This document shows positions 10,917 through 20,777 of a stretch of DNA of 64,000 nucleotides, piece by piece. The stretch's first letter is position 1. Every line of letters begins with the position of its first letter. The position numbers were made by a program, and so were the translations under genes. The notes beneath the pieces were generated by a model that saw only the letters and a list, made by a program, of their open reading frames with translations, had not been told where the DNA came from and searched no databases. This DNA is from Nitrosarchaeum sp. (GTDB taxonomy: Archaea; Thermoproteota; Nitrososphaeria; Nitrososphaerales; Nitrosopumilaceae). Location of the stretch: assembly GCA_965223865.1 (NCBI GenBank), contig OZ245020.1, positions 1,664,001 to 1,728,000 on the forward strand, written 5' to 3'.

Positions 10917-11858
10917 ATGATAGAGCCAGGTAGGCCAGTAAAAGACATACAAATTGATTCATATGCATCAATAGAAAATATTTTTGATGAATTATCACAG
11001 TCAGGTGGATTTGAATCTGTAAATCTATCTGATGGTTTGAATATCTTAACATCAATGATTTCAGATGAAAAATGTCTAAGATTTGTTTCATTTGTGGGAG
11101 CAGTCGTATCAACTGGTCTGAGAGGAATTATCAAAGACATGATCAAAAACAAGTGGTTTGATGTAGCAATTACAACTTGTGGTGCACTTGATCATGACAT
11201 TGCAAGACATTTTTCAAATTATAAAGAAGGATCATTTACAATGGATGATAGAGAGTTAGCTGACCAGAATATTCACAGATTAGGAAATGTATTGGTTCCT
11301 ATGGATAGTTATGGTCCACTAATTGAAGAAAAGATGCAGTTATTTTTAGAAGAAGAGTACCAGAAAGGGGCCAAAGAATTGTCAACTGCGCAAATTTGTA
11401 AAATAATTGGAAAGAACTTGGGAGAAGACTCTTTTCTATATTGGGCATATAAAAATGGCGTAGATGTGATAGTACCTGGAATAATGGATGGTGCAGTAGG
11501 AAGTCAAATTTGGCTATTTACACAAAAACACAGTGATTTTAAACTAAATTTGGCAGAAGATGCAAATTTACTGTCAGGCCAAATTTTCAAAGCAGAAAAA
11601 TCAGGAGCAATGATGATCGGAGGAGGGATTTCAAAGCATCATACTTTATGGTGGAACCAATACAGAGAGGGACTAGACTATGCATTTTACATCACCACGG
11701 CTCAAGAATTTGATGGTAGTTTGAGTGGAGCACTGGTAAGAGAAGCAATTTCGTGGGGCAAGGTTACACAAAAAGCAAGGCAAGCAACTCTGCATGCAGA
11801 AGCTACAACAATTTTGCCTTTCATTTATGCGGCATTACTTTCAAAATTGAAAAAATAA
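10917..11858 (+). CDS. dys: Deoxyhypusine synthase
   Basis: HRLGNV, GGGISKH, FDGSLSGA, EAISWGK. Confidence 0.96.
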   Translation: MIEPGRPVKDIQIDSYASIENIFDELSQSGGFESVNLSDGLNILTSMISDEKCLRFVSFVGAVVSTGLRGIIKDMIKNKWFDVAITTCGALDHDIARHFSNYKEGSFTMDDRELADQNIHRLGNVLVPMDSYGPLIEEKMQLFLEEEYQKGAKELSTAQICKIIGKNLGEDSFLYWAYKNGVDVIVPGIMDGAVGSQIWLFTQKHSDFKLNLAEDANLLSGQIFKAEKSGAMMIGGGISKHHTLWWNQYREGLDYAFYITTAQEFDGSLSGALVREAISWGKVTQKARQATLHAEATTILPFIYAALLSKLKK

Positions 11859-11907
11859 TTTTTCAGATGGATAAAAACTATTATTCAATAATTGACAAAA
11901 AATAGTA

Positions 11908-12618
11908 TTGGATCCTAAAATGAAGATAAGAGAATTCAAAGAATTGAATTTGGAAGGAGGGTATCTCATTGATGGTTTTCCTTCAGTGGGATTTAGTAGC
12001 GCAATATCAACTGAATCAATGATTCATACCTCAAAATTTTTCTTGGCAGGAGTAATATCATCAGATAATTTTCCGCCTATTAGTTTAATTAAAGAGGGAA
12101 AACCAAATTTCCCTACAAGAATTTTTGTAAATGAAGAAACCAAAGTATCTATGTTCTTATCTTATCTCACTCTTCATGAATCACTACATAGATCAGCTGC
12201 AAAATTAATGCTCAATTGGGCAAAAAAGCAGAAAATAGATTTAGTGGTCAGTAGTGTTGCAGTAAAAACACCAGGACTGGAAAGATTGGTTGCTGTTGGA
12301 AGTACAGACTCGGCAAGACAGAAAATCAAAGAGGCAGGATTCAGAGTTTTAGAAAATGGAATTGTTCCAGGAATTCCAGGAATATTACTTAATGAAGGAA
12401 GTTTGGAGAATCAAGATGTAATTGTAATTCTTTTTCATTCAGATGGAACAGGTCCAGATTTCAGATCTAGTGCAAAACTTTGTGAAGCAATTTCAAGACT
12501 AGTTCCTGGCACGGCATGCAATATGCCACAATTACAAAGAGAAGCCGAGAAAGCAGAGACTTTGATCAAAGAAACACAAGAAGAATCAAAACATCTCAAA
12601 GATTCAATGTACAGATAA
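11908..12618 (+). CDS. PAC2-family proteasome assembly chaperone
   Basis: GFPSVG, GIPGILL, PDFRSSA; C-terminal MYR HbYX-like end. Confidence 0.85.
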   Translation: MDPKMKIREFKELNLEGGYLIDGFPSVGFSSAISTESMIHTSKFFLAGVISSDNFPPISLIKEGKPNFPTRIFVNEETKVSMFLSYLTLHESLHRSAAKLMLNWAKKQKIDLVVSSVAVKTPGLERLVAVGSTDSARQKIKEAGFRVLENGIVPGIPGILLNEGSLENQDVIVILFHSDGTGPDFRSSAKLCEAISRLVPGTACNMPQLQREAEKAETLIKETQEESKHLKDSMYR

Positions 12619-12662
12619 TCAACAGGTTAATTTCACAAACAGGTTCTGAAATTATTGATAAA

Positions 12663-13280
12663 ATGAATCAAATCTTGGATTTTGCAGTAATGGTAATTGT
12701 AATTTCAGCATCAGGAGTAATGGCTCCAGGTCCGTTATTTACAGCAAATGTGGTTTACGGTCTAAAGCAAGGAACTTGTGCAGGAATAAAAATGGCAGTA
12801 GGCCACACAATTGTTGAATTTCCACTTGTGGTTCTTTTAGGGATTGGAGTTTTTTCATTAGAAATTTTTCCGGAATTTAGAACAATAATTTCTATTTTGG
12901 GTGCATTAACTCTATTTGTTTTTGCAGGAATTCAAATCAGAGCAACATTGCTAAAAAAGCAAGAAAAAGGAATACACCAAAAACATGGGGCGGTTATTGC
13001 AGGAATTACACTTAGTGCATTAAATCCATTTTTTATTATTTGGTGGCTAAGCGTTGGATTCAAACTTATTTCAGATGCGATGATAATCTGGGCATTTGCA
13101 GGAATAATTGTTTTGTTTGCACTCCACATATGGATGGACTTTGCTTGGTTGGGAGCAGTAGCATACCTTGCAAAGAAAAGCGCCAAAATTCTTTCAAACA
13201 GAAATTACAAAATCATGATGATAGTTCTTAGTGCTAGTTTAGTATATTTTGGCATCACATTTCTTGGTGAGGTTATTTAA
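12663..13280 (+). CDS. LysE-family translocator
   Basis: SGVMAPGP, GH, LNPFFIIWW; multiple TM helices; start taken at MNQILDF. Confidence 0.88.
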   Translation: MNQILDFAVMVIVISASGVMAPGPLFTANVVYGLKQGTCAGIKMAVGHTIVEFPLVVLLGIGVFSLEIFPEFRTIISILGALTLFVFAGIQIRATLLKKQEKGIHQKHGAVIAGITLSALNPFFIIWWLSVGFKLISDAMIIWAFAGIIVLFALHIWMDFAWLGAVAYLAKKSAKILSNRNYKIMMIVLSASLVYFGITFLGEVI

Positions 13281-13516
13281 CCACAATCTAGAATCTCGAT
13301 TTGTGGTTCACATTGTTCATTGAACAAATCAATTCTTTCAACTAAAACTTCACAATATTCAGCATCAAGGGATTGCTCATAAGTTTTCAAATCATTTAGA
13401 AGTGACATGTGCTGTATACCACAGAAATTTCCAGACACAGATAAAACAACTACAGCCGCAAAAATTACTGAAAAGACTAAGATTAAATTTTTAATTTTAT
13501 TTTTTTGAAATGTCAA
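13277..13516 (-). CDS. Small membrane-anchored hypothetical protein
   Basis: One TM helix followed by four Cys, ends ILDCG; TTG start inferred. Confidence 0.55.
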   Translation of the reverse strand: MTFQKNKIKNLILVFSVIFAAVVVLSVSGNFCGIQHMSLLNDLKTYEQSLDAEYCEVLVERIDLFNEQCEPQIEILDCG

Positions 13517-14225
13517 TTTCCATAGTGGATACATTACGCTGTTTTCCATCTTGAGAAGTAAGTGAATCAGATGAAATTCTAACATCACTAATTGTATAGC
13601 CTACTGTATCCATTCTTTTTACAATCATTTGAGAGACATCAACTGCCTGAGTAATTCTTTTTCCCCTTGCTTTTATTGTGACAGTATCTCTTGATGCAAG
13701 TTGTGTCAAAGTAGCTGAAACATATGTCATAATAGGTTTAGTACCAACAAAAATCACATCTCTTTCTTGAGGTTTGGTTTCTGATTTGGTTCCTATTGCA
13801 GCCTCAGGAGCTGGTTCTGGTGTCGTTTGTGTTGGTTCAGGAGCTGGTTCTGGTGTCGTTTGTGTTGGTTCAGGAGCTGGTTCTGGTGTCGTTTGTGTTG
13901 GTTCAGGAGCTGGTTCTGGTGTCGTTTGTGTTGGTTCAGGAGCTGGTTCTGGTGTCGTTTGTGTTGGTTCAGGAGCTGGTTCTGGTGTCGTTTGTGTTGG
14001 TTCAGGAGCTGGTTCTGGTGTCGTTTGTGTTGGTTCAGGAGCTGGTTCTGGTGTCGTTTGTGTTGGTTCAGGAGCTTCTAGTTTTGGTTCTGGTTCAGGA
14101 GCTTCTAGTTTTGGTTCTGGTTCAGGAGCTTCTAGTTTTGGTTCTGGTTCAGGTTTTGATTTAACTGAATCTTGAAATTCTGATAAAATATCTTCTGCAT
14201 CTTTTGATTTTTTTTGACTACTCAA
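13497..14225 (-). CDS. Alba-family DNA/RNA-binding protein with Pro/Glu/Thr repeat N-terminal extension
   Basis: C-terminal Alba domain: [34 protein letters not shown]. Confidence 0.9.
   Translation of the reverse strand: MSSQKKSKDAEDILSEFQDSVKSKPEPEPKLEAPEPEPKLEAPEPEPKLEAPEPTQTTPEPAPEPTQTTPEPAPEPTQTTPEPAPEPTQTTPEPAPEPTQTTPEPAPEPTQTTPEPAPEPTQTTPEPAPEPTQTTPEPAPEAAIGTKSETKPQERDVIFVGTKPIMTYVSATLTQLASRDTVTIKARGKRITQAVDVSQMIVKRMDTVGYTISDVRISSDSLTSQDGKQRNVSTMEIDISKK
13804..14153. repeat. Coding VNTR: 8 x 33 bp (13804-14067) plus 3 x 27 bp (14068-14148), units identical
   Basis: tcaggagctggttctggtgtcgtttgtgttggt x8; tcaggagcttctagttttggttctggt x3. Confidence 0.97.
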
Positions 14226-14263
14226 TTTTTGTTCCTTACCCCAAAATCTTCTTTCGGTTTTAT

Positions 14264-14533
14264 TTAATGATTAAGTTTCTGTTCTTTGACATAATCTTCA
14301 AAAATTTTTTCTACTTCATCATCATTTTTTGAATCTCTAACCTTGTTTACCAAAGATTCTTCTTCAATTTCATAACAATTCAAGACATCTTGTGAATCCT
14401 TGAAAACCAACAAAATCTTGTCTTTGAAAATACAGTGATAGAGCTTTTCTTTTTGCATCTTTTCGGGCTTGATATTGATGCCATCATCGCCTGCAGAGAC
14501 AGGGTAATCCATAACCAACATGAGATTTCTCAC
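14264..14533 (-). CDS. Hypothetical protein
   Basis: 89-aa ORF filling the gap, co-oriented with alba. Confidence 0.7.
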   Translation of the reverse strand: MRNLMLVMDYPVSAGDDGINIKPEKMQKEKLYHCIFKDKILLVFKDSQDVLNCYEIEEESLVNKVRDSKNDDEVEKIFEDYVKEQKLNH

Positions 14534-14584
14534 TATTTAGATGAATTCAAAATATAGTAATAACAAAGAATTACATCAGAAATA

Positions 14585-15679
14585 TTGGAAAATAGAGTAG
14601 TTTTCCACATTGATTTTGATTACTTTTTTGCACAGTGCGAAGAGATTAGAAAACCTGAACTAAAATCAAAGCCAGTATGCGTTTGTATCTTTTCTGATAG
14701 GGGAGGAGATAGTGGGGCTATTGCAACTGCAAACTATACAGCAAGAAAATTTGGGGTGAATTCTGGGCTTCCTATTATCTTTGCAAAAAAGAGACTAGAA
14801 GGAAGACCAGATGCCGTATTTTTGCCTGCAGATTTTGATTACTATATTGAAATTTCTGAAAAAGCCATGCAAATAATGAATGACTTTGCAGATGTTTTTG
14901 AATACGTAGGAAAAGATGAAGCCTACCTTGATGTGACAAATAGACTAGAAGGAGATTTTCAAAAGGCAAGCCATTTAGCCCAGCAGATAAAAAATGCAAT
15001 TAGAGACAAAGTAAAGATGAGTTGCTCCATAGGAGTTTCTCCAAATAAACTAATCTCAAAGATGGCATCAGATTTTCAAAAACCTGATGGGCTGACAGTT
15101 GTTCCACCACAAAAGGTTGAAGAATTTTTAGAGTCATTAAAAATTAGAGACATTCCAGGTATTGGCAAAAAGACGGAACAAAAATTATCTCAAATGAATC
15201 TAGAAACAATTGGAGATTTAAAAAAACTAGACGTCTTTACGTTAAACAAAGAATTTGGAAGAAAAAGTGGCACATACATCTTTAATTCTGTAAGAGGCGT
15301 AGATGACGAACCAGTCAAGAAAAGAGAAGCTACAATTCAATTTAGTAAAATTGTCACTCTGAAAAAAGATTCCAAAGAATTAGAGTTTTTATCTCAAAAC
15401 TTGGAGGAGATTTGCAAAGAGTTGCACCAAGTAGTACAAAAAAACAATAAGATGTTCAAGTCAGTTGGAATTCAATTCATACAGTCAGATTTATCAAACA
15501 AGACAAAATCAAGGATGCTCAAAAACCCAACTGAAGGCTTTGAAGAATTGAATAAAAATGCTCAGCAACTATTGAGAGAAGCACTAGTTGATCAGCAAAA
15601 CACCATCAGAAGGTTAGGAGTGAAGGTATCAGAACTTTCAGATGTAAAGGGTCAAAGTAGTATTACTAGTTATTTTTAG
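14585..15679 (+). CDS. dinB: Y-family DNA polymerase IV (Dbh/Dpo4)
   Basis: HIDFDYFFAQ, ANYTARKFG, DEAYLD, KPDG, IPGIG; C-terminal PIP-like QSSITSYF. Confidence 0.96.
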   Translation: MENRVVFHIDFDYFFAQCEEIRKPELKSKPVCVCIFSDRGGDSGAIATANYTARKFGVNSGLPIIFAKKRLEGRPDAVFLPADFDYYIEISEKAMQIMNDFADVFEYVGKDEAYLDVTNRLEGDFQKASHLAQQIKNAIRDKVKMSCSIGVSPNKLISKMASDFQKPDGLTVVPPQKVEEFLESLKIRDIPGIGKKTEQKLSQMNLETIGDLKKLDVFTLNKEFGRKSGTYIFNSVRGVDDEPVKKREATIQFSKIVTLKKDSKELEFLSQNLEEICKELHQVVQKNNKMFKSVGIQFIQSDLSNKTKSRMLKNPTEGFEELNKNAQQLLREALVDQQNTIRRLGVKVSELSDVKGQSSITSYF

Positions 15680-16610
15680 CAACGGATTTTTGCTCAGCTT
15701 CCTTTTTTTTAAATCGCCTTGATTCAATCAGAATAACGATTAGCAGAAATACGAAAAGCCAAGGTAAGAACAGAATTTCCCCTGCAACTGAATGGAATTC
15801 TTCCCACTGTTCGGCATCAGTTGTAACTTTGAGGGCATACCACGAAAGAGAAAAGATTCGAATTACATTAACACCAATAGTTCCGCATATTCCTATTGCA
15901 AAGTAGATAGACTTTCTTCCTCTTGCAATGTTCATCTTTAGTAAAAATGCTCCCATCACTAAGGAATAGATGATAATGCTGTGCACACCAGCTGATGGCC
16001 AAAAGACCTGAAGTACCATTGGGCCATAATCTCCTCTGAGGAACATGATATTATCCCTAGCTGTTGCAACACCAAGATCAAATACAGTCACTAACCAAAC
16101 ATTTGTTTGCACAAGATATGGAACCACATACTGCAATGGACCTAGTGAATCATACGGGAAGAATGCATCAAGGGATAAAATTATTGCACTACCTCCCAAA
16201 AAGATAGGACCGGCAGGAGCTATACGAATCCATCTAGAACCAAAGAAGATACTAAGCGCTGTCATGATAAACAGAGTCATTACAACAAAATCCCATAACC
16301 ATGTCCAAGAATAGATTAATTGAACGCTGTAAGATTCTGCTGATTCTAAAATGTAATCTCGAAGACCAAACTCCAACCCAACAAGATATGCAATTACACC
16401 TGCTGCAATTGGAATAACAGATAACAATCTCTTTTTGGATATAACAATCTTTAATCCTACTAGTTCTGCTACAACAAAAACAAGGGCAAAAAGAAAACCA
16501 CCCCTTCCCTGGTTCCAGCTTAGACTAAAGGTGTCAGGAAATACAATCAATGCAAACAAAATAGGGCTGGAGATGATTCCGATTCCTGCCATTAGATTCC
16601 AATTTTGCAT
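15666..16610 (-). CDS. artG: Thaumarchaeosortase (exosortase/archaeosortase family)
   Basis: Polytopic membrane protein with VFWPSAGVHS, NVIRI, FHSVAGE at the sortase catalytic positions. Confidence 0.8.
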   Translation of the reverse strand: MQNWNLMAGIGIISSPILFALIVFPDTFSLSWNQGRGGFLFALVFVVAELVGLKIVISKKRLLSVIPIAAGVIAYLVGLEFGLRDYILESAESYSVQLIYSWTWLWDFVVMTLFIMTALSIFFGSRWIRIAPAGPIFLGGSAIILSLDAFFPYDSLGPLQYVVPYLVQTNVWLVTVFDLGVATARDNIMFLRGDYGPMVLQVFWPSAGVHSIIIYSLVMGAFLLKMNIARGRKSIYFAIGICGTIGVNVIRIFSLSWYALKVTTDAEQWEEFHSVAGEILFLPWLFVFLLIVILIESRRFKKKEAEQKSVAKNN

Positions 16611-16671
16611 TATGATAAAGCTAAGAATTGTCCCATAAATAGTTCAACGTCTGGATTTAGTATAAGACATG

Positions 16672-17829
16672 CTAGAAAAAATCAGCAATGGTCTTTTGTT
16701 TTAATAGTTTGATCATATTTCCCTGAGAAAGCCACTCGTTTTTGCTGACGCTCATCTTTTTTGTTGCAATATCAAGGGCATTTTCAAAACTATCAGCTGT
16801 AAGATAATTTTGATTCATTGCAGAGCGTATACCTTCCCGGACCTGCCAGACGCCTACTGGAATAGCATATTCGGGCCTAATTTCTCTTAGAATCAGCACC
16901 CCTGATTGTATTTCGTGTTTGGCTAGGTATTCAGCAACTGCTAGCTTTGCAGCAAAGTAAGCTCCTGCAATTGCTGGTGGGTGATCAATTCCTCTTGCAT
17001 CCTCATGGTCTGAGCCAAATCCCAAGATTCCATTTGAATACCACGCCTCTATCATCTCATATATCCACCTATGAGGAAACAATATTATCGAAAATATATT
17101 GCCTAGATGCTCAAAACTAAAAACTCTGCAAGAGTCAATCAAAGAATAGCCCAGTATTTCATCTGTAATGGATTTTGAAATGATGTCATCAGTTGCAGTA
17201 ATGCTCCATCTTGTTGGAACAAGCTTTCTGTCTTTTCCCAGCATTCCAATGCTAAAGCATTTTTGAATCTTTGAGATTTGGATTCCTGAATTGTACAAAT
17301 TTAAAACTGCGTCTTGTGCTTTGAGATCCTTGTCGTAGAATATTTTTTCAATTGACTTTTCAGCTGAAGAAATTGAAAACTTTGCAGACTTTATCTTTCT
17401 AACAGGACCAAAAGGTGCACTTTCTCCATCAAGTGAAATGTTTGATGATGTAGAGTTGTGAAACTCTAGATCAGAATCAGCAGGTTTTGTTGACATTGCA
17501 AGCTCTTGCAGGTTTTCAATGTATCTTCCCTCAGTTTGATCAACTGAAATTTTTTTTATTCCCCTAACAAGGTTGAGTCTAAAGTTTACAATCTCTTCTA
17601 GAGATTTTCCGCTCCACTCTTCTGGACTGTCTAATAATTCAGTATCGCCATGAACTGGTGGAACCATAGGTCCAACAAATACAGAAGGATAACTGTAAGA
17701 GCCAACAAATACTGAAGGTGGGCTAGAACCGCTAACAGAATCTGAAGATATGAAATTTCCATACTTTGATAAATTCTCATGCCATTTTGCAAGAATTGAT
17801 CTCCTAATATCCTGAGAATTTGCATGCAA
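16672..17829 (-). CDS. nreA: Nre-family PCNA-interacting DNA repair protein
   Basis: SPPSVFVG, LVPTRWSITATDD, PVGVWQVRE; C-terminal PIP box QKTIADFF. Confidence 0.9.
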   Translation of the reverse strand: MHANSQDIRRSILAKWHENLSKYGNFISSDSVSGSSPPSVFVGSYSYPSVFVGPMVPPVHGDTELLDSPEEWSGKSLEEIVNFRLNLVRGIKKISVDQTEGRYIENLQELAMSTKPADSDLEFHNSTSSNISLDGESAPFGPVRKIKSAKFSISSAEKSIEKIFYDKDLKAQDAVLNLYNSGIQISKIQKCFSIGMLGKDRKLVPTRWSITATDDIISKSITDEILGYSLIDSCRVFSFEHLGNIFSIILFPHRWIYEMIEAWYSNGILGFGSDHEDARGIDHPPAIAGAYFAAKLAVAEYLAKHEIQSGVLILREIRPEYAIPVGVWQVREGIRSAMNQNYLTADSFENALDIATKKMSVSKNEWLSQGNMIKLLKQKTIADFF

Positions 17830-17903
17830 TGAAAAATTACTGTTAAAATGAGCCTATTAACTTGCCTAATTAGTCAATTTGACACATAGTTAACATAACA
17901 TGT

Positions 17904-18860
17904 TTGAGAAACAAAAGGGGAAGTATGACAATTAACAGAATAGTCTCTTTTTTGCCTAGCGCCACAGAATTACTGTACGAGCTAGAAGAACAAGACAAAA
18001 TTTATGGTGTCACACATGAGTGTCATTACCCAACAGATGCAAAATCAAAACCTCAAGTCATTTCTTCAGTTATTGATTCTGAAAATTTATCCAGTAAAGA
18101 AATTGATCAAAAAACATGTGAGCTGTTAAACCAAGGAAAAGACATTTTTGTTTTAGATGAAGAAAATCTCAAAAAAGCAGATCCGGATCTAATAATCTCT
18201 CAAAAGACATGCGAAGTTTGTGCTGCATATACAAATCAGGTTAACAAAGCAGTTCAAATTTTACAAAAAAGACCATTACTTTATTCAATGGACCCACACA
18301 ATCTACAAGAAATACTATCCTCTGTAAATGAGCTAGGAAAGATATTGCAAAAAGAAGACAAGGCAAGAGAGATTGTAGAATCTTTGGAAAAAAGAATAAA
18401 GAGAGTCTCAGAAACCAAGAGAGATGTCAAACCCAAAATATTGGCAATAGAATAGATAGAGCCGTTTTTTACTGCAGGTCATTGGATTCCTGAAATTATA
18501 GAGTTAGCTGGGGGTCAAAATATGATTAGCAAAATAGGTGAACATTCTAGAAGATTAAACATGCAAGAAATTATAGAATCAGATCCAGACATCATATTAT
18601 TGATGCCATGTGGTTTTGATACGCAAAGAACCATATCTGAATATAATATTTTAAAAAACAACCAGGAATGGAATTCCTTAAGAGCAGTAAAAGACGGAAA
18701 TGTTTTTGCAGTTGATGCAAATTCTTTTTTTAGTAAGCCTAGCATTAGGACAGTTACTGGCTTGGAGATAATAACAAAAATAATTCATCCAGAAAACATA
18801 GAACTAAAAGTTCCCGAGGAGTCATTTTTACAGATTAGGACAAAATCATTGTCTGAGTAG
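17904..18860 (+). pseudogene. Cobalamin/Fe-siderophore ABC substrate-binding protein (BtuF-like) interrupted by one in-frame TAG at 18453-18455
   Basis: RIVSFLPSATE, GVTHEC, CEVCA, then LAIE*IEPFFTAGHWIPE continuing in frame to PCGFD..FSKPS. Confidence 0.85.
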
Positions 18861-19002
18861 ATAAATTTTAAACAAATCTTTGGTTCAAATTTGAATGGGG
18901 TACAACATGTAGGGGAATATAGATAGAGACATACATTTTACACTAAATTTTGTGCCTAAAACAATCAGAAATTGCAACAGGTTTTACTGATTTTTTGGAT
19001 GG

Positions 19003-19017
19003 AAGATTTTGCACTAA
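19003..19017 (+). repeat. AAGATTTTGCACTAA intergenic motif, copy 1
   Basis: 14/15 match to 19663-19677. Confidence 0.7.
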
Positions 19018-19112
19018 GATTTATTATTGAATTTTTTAGATCTGATGATTGGTTAAAATCCACAGGTACTTGATAATACTTTAGAGATAAATTTCGGTTC
19101 AAGTAGATTTGA

Positions 19113-19619
19113 TTATTTTAAAACTTTGTAGTATAAATCGACTAATTGATCATACTTTACAGTTTTAACAAATTCAAGTTTTGTCTCGTTTTCTATGTTC
19201 TTGAAGAGAGGTTTTCCTTTGCCTAAAATAATTGGAATGACAGATATTATTATCTCATCTATAGCTCCTTGATTAAGAAAAGATGCAATAATTTGTGCTC
19301 CACCAACCAACCAAATGTTTTCTCCTGCATCTGGAAAACCATCTTTTACAAATTTTTCAACATCCAATAAAAATTCAATATTTTCATCTTTATTTTGAGT
19401 AGAACTAGTAAAAACAAATGATTTTTTGTCTTTGTATGGATATTCTCCAAAAGTTAGTACTTGATCATAGGTGGTTTTACCCATAATCACAGTATCTATT
19501 GAGTCATAAAATGCACCATATCCAGATTCAGTAGCGTTTGGTAACCAATCAATTCCATCATTTTCCCTCGCTATGTATCCATCCAAGCTTGATGCGATAT
19601 ACACTAGAACTGTTGTCAC
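19113..19619 (-). CDS. Dihydrofolate reductase / RibD C-terminal family protein
   Basis: IASSLDGYIA, MGKTTY, WLVGGA, IDE, PIILGKG. Confidence 0.92.
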   Translation of the reverse strand: MTTVLVYIASSLDGYIARENDGIDWLPNATESGYGAFYDSIDTVIMGKTTYDQVLTFGEYPYKDKKSFVFTSSTQNKDENIEFLLDVEKFVKDGFPDAGENIWLVGGAQIIASFLNQGAIDEIIISVIPIILGKGKPLFKNIENETKLEFVKTVKYDQLVDLYYKVLK

Positions 19620-19662
19620 AAGAGTTGTAATTGTTTCAGAGTTATAATGTTATATTCAACTC

Positions 19663-19677
19663 AAGATTTTGTACTAA
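19663..19677 (+). repeat. AAGATTTTGTACTAA intergenic motif, copy 2
   Basis: 14/15 match to 19003-19017. Confidence 0.7.
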
Positions 19678-19723
19678 ATTTCAATAGGAAAATTAAATCA
19701 TTCTTTATTCTAAAAACTAAAAA

Positions 19724-20371
19724 TTAATTCCAATCATGATCCCACACTTCATCTGGAAAAGATCTATTGCTAATATCAATATCCATATCAATATCCAAAC
19801 TATATTCAATCAAGTCTGGAAATTTACAGTCTGTATCTTTGGGAATAACAATTGACTCATGATGGAACATGTAGTATTGAACACCCTCTTTTTCTGTGAT
19901 TCCTTGGTATTTTAGAACCCCTAACACTTTTGATGAATCAGATTCATAAAAAGACAGATTAGAAAATCTGTCCGACAAATGTATCAAACCACAGTTAACT
20001 ACAAAAGTTTGATTTTTTTCTATTGGTGTAACATACGTAAGATTATCTTGTATTTTTGATTCCATGTTCAGTTTTCCATCTGTTACAAAATAATTAGAAT
20101 TGAAGGTGACCTGAATTGTCCCATCATTGTTTTGCATGATGTGAGTCATTGACGCATAGTATTTTCCATCTCTATCCACTCGATCATAATGAGTGTCCCC
20201 TCCATTTCTAAATCCATCATTTTCTATCATGTATTCAGCATCTTTTAGTACATTTTTGATACTGCGAACATCTAGTGAATCAGTTGAATCATTATCTGAA
20301 TAAATTAAGAAAAATATTCCAGATACTAAACTTCCAATGAGTACAATCAACCCTATTGCAAACTTGTCCAA
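19724..20371 (-). CDS. Hypothetical membrane-anchored protein
   Basis: 215-aa ORF with N-terminal TM helix. Confidence 0.75.
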   Translation of the reverse strand: MDKFAIGLIVLIGSLVSGIFFLIYSDNDSTDSLDVRSIKNVLKDAEYMIENDGFRNGGDTHYDRVDRDGKYYASMTHIMQNNDGTIQVTFNSNYFVTDGKLNMESKIQDNLTYVTPIEKNQTFVVNCGLIHLSDRFSNLSFYESDSSKVLGVLKYQGITEKEGVQYYMFHHESIVIPKDTDCKFPDLIEYSLDIDMDIDISNRSFPDEVWDHDWN

Positions 20372-20458
20372 ATCTTATCTTCAAAATTTTAAGTGAAGTT
20401 AAATGTGAATCTATAACGGTGCAAATGAGGCTCAAATTTTGCATCAAATCCTAAATTG

Positions 20459-20480
20459 AAGACCAACTAGAGTTGGTCTT
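20459..20480. promoter_or_regulatory. Perfect inverted repeat AAGACCAACT-AG-AGTTGGTCTT
   Basis: 10-bp arms, 2-nt spacer, intergenic. Confidence 0.6.
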
Positions 20481-20496
20481 ATCAATGAGACAACTA

Positions 20497-20535
20497 CACT
20501 AGGAATCAGCTACAATCTTGGGTATGAAAATGGAC
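20497..20535 (+). repeat. ~39-bp intergenic repeat, copy A (CACTAGGAATCAGCTACAAT..GTATGAAAATGGAC)
   Basis: Aligns with 23174-23211. Confidence 0.8.
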
Positions 20536-20777
20536 GCAATTAATCAAAACAAAATACTTTGATAGAATGCAATAGTGAATGTTGTAATCGCCACACTAAA
20601 CACAAAAATTCCATATGCAGAATATTTGATTATTTTATTCACAGTATTAATTCACATTCAGAATATTTAAGGGCAATTTTGTAGAGACTAATCTTTTTTA
20701 GAGAATATGTTGGTTCACTGTAAAAATTGAGAGATTATCAATTTAAAAAATAATAATATCAATTACAATAAAAAATT

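Noticed and set aside
10815-10952. 46-aa N-terminal extension of inositol-1-phosphate synthase
   Set aside because: Overlaps the divergent dys gene and promoter; the domain starts at MSDRIKV
13774-14175. Three + strand ORFs over the Alba repeat; repeat considered as a CRISPR array
   Set aside because: The ORFs are antisense shadows of a coding VNTR; units are contiguous with no spacers and no cas genes
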